54,414 nucleotides of DNA from Bacteroidota bacterium (lineage in GTDB: Bacteria; Bacteroidota; Ignavibacteria; UBA10030; UBA8401). Location: positions 1 through 54,414 of the forward strand of contig JAGWND010000001.1 of assembly GCA_028873075.1 (NCBI GenBank). The letters run 5' to 3'. Both the position numbers and the translations under genes were made by a program. The notes beneath the pieces are model-generated. The model searched no databases. It was not told where the DNA came from and saw only the letters and a list, made by a program, of their open reading frames with translations. Of this stretch, positions 54,065 through 54,414 are shown piece after piece (the stretch's first letter is position 1; every line of letters begins with the position of its first letter).

Positions 54065-54414
54065 TCACTCCATTGCGGCAATAGATTCGCCTTTTTTCTT
54101 TTTATGCGTGCGTAAAATGAAAATTGGAATTACACCGACAAATGTGATGGCGGCGGCAACAAGAAAATCGTCGTCTACAGCACGCACGAACGACTGCTGC
54201 ACAAGGTGCGATGTGAGAATCGCTTTTCCTCTCATCATCGCCGTGCTCAGCGAACCGCCGACCGTTTCCTGTGCAAAGCGCCCAAGCATATACGCCGTGC
54301 GTTGAAATGCCGGAGAATTCTGGTCAATTGCCTGGCCGTACATCGCCGTATGATAAATCATTCGCTGAGTAAGCAGTGTTCCCATAATTGCAATGCCGAA
54401 ACTTCCGCCGATTT
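54065..54414 (-). CDS. MFS efflux transporter (DHA2/EmrB-like), C-terminal part only; the 5' end is outside the window
   Basis: The frame stays open to the window edge (...IGGSFGIAIMGTLLTQR...). The last TMs and a KKKK tail resemble EmrB-type pumps. Confidence 0.7.
   Translation of the reverse strand, partial: IGGSFGIAIMGTLLTQRMIYHTAMYGQAIDQNSPAFQRTAYMLGRFAQETVGGSLSTAMMRGKAILTSHLVQQSFVRAVDDDFLVAAAITFVGVIPIFILRTHKKKKGESIAAME

Overview
This is 54.4 kb of bacterial chromosome, about 50% GC from hand counts. I found no rRNA, tRNA or CRISPR array. About four fifths of the genes are on the minus strand. The family content (CBM9/DUF5916 outer-membrane protein, GxGYxYP protein, DUF4097 proteins behind an ECF sigma/anti-sigma pair, Bacteroidetes-type RAYT, MKK-type signal peptides) suggests an FCB-superphylum organism such as Ignavibacteriota or Bacteroidota; this is inference only. 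Recognisable blocks, left to right: a broken DUF72 gene; yjbQ; DUF5009-queF-yhhQ; YfiT; an HhH glycosylase; DoxX; a RAYT with REP-like hairpins; an M1-like peptidase; an alpha/beta hydrolase; an ECF sigma; dnaX; lon; an APC permease; nfnA-nfnB; an ECF sigma/anti-sigma/DUF4097/DUF5916/DUF4097 cluster; an F420-reductase-like gene; a methyltransferase plus ClC channel; GxGYxYP; an M16 peptidase pair; an AT-rich accessory patch; a URO-D-like gene; ackA; MscS plus an OtsA-OtsB fusion plus TreT; an AKR; an ABC-2 exporter; an FA2H-like hydroxylase; and TolC plus a partial MFS pump. Things worth a second look: (1) The AT-rich patch at 38.6-41.5 kb opens with a two-gene cassette: a 4x CxxCxGxG zinc-finger mini-protein and a PD-(D/E)xK-fold protein. 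It is followed by SPFH plus DUF1272 and an antitoxin with a decayed RelE/ParE toxin. This cassette is my best candidate for an undescribed module. (2) A dispersed family of intergenic and intercistronic inverted repeats is built from 7-nt periodic words and shares a 12-15-mer core. (3) Several other dispersed hairpin families occur, one embedded in frame in the 5' end of an M16 gene. (4) dnaX carries an A9 slippery run plus a downstream hairpin at the gamma/tau boundary. (5) A 13-bp/N9 inverted repeat lies in the lon leader. Four genes look decayed (DUF72, RAYT, RelE-like, dienelactone hydrolase). The frameshifts sit at homopolymers, so assembly error is a live alternative. All functional calls come from motif recognition in the supplied translations; no database search was run.
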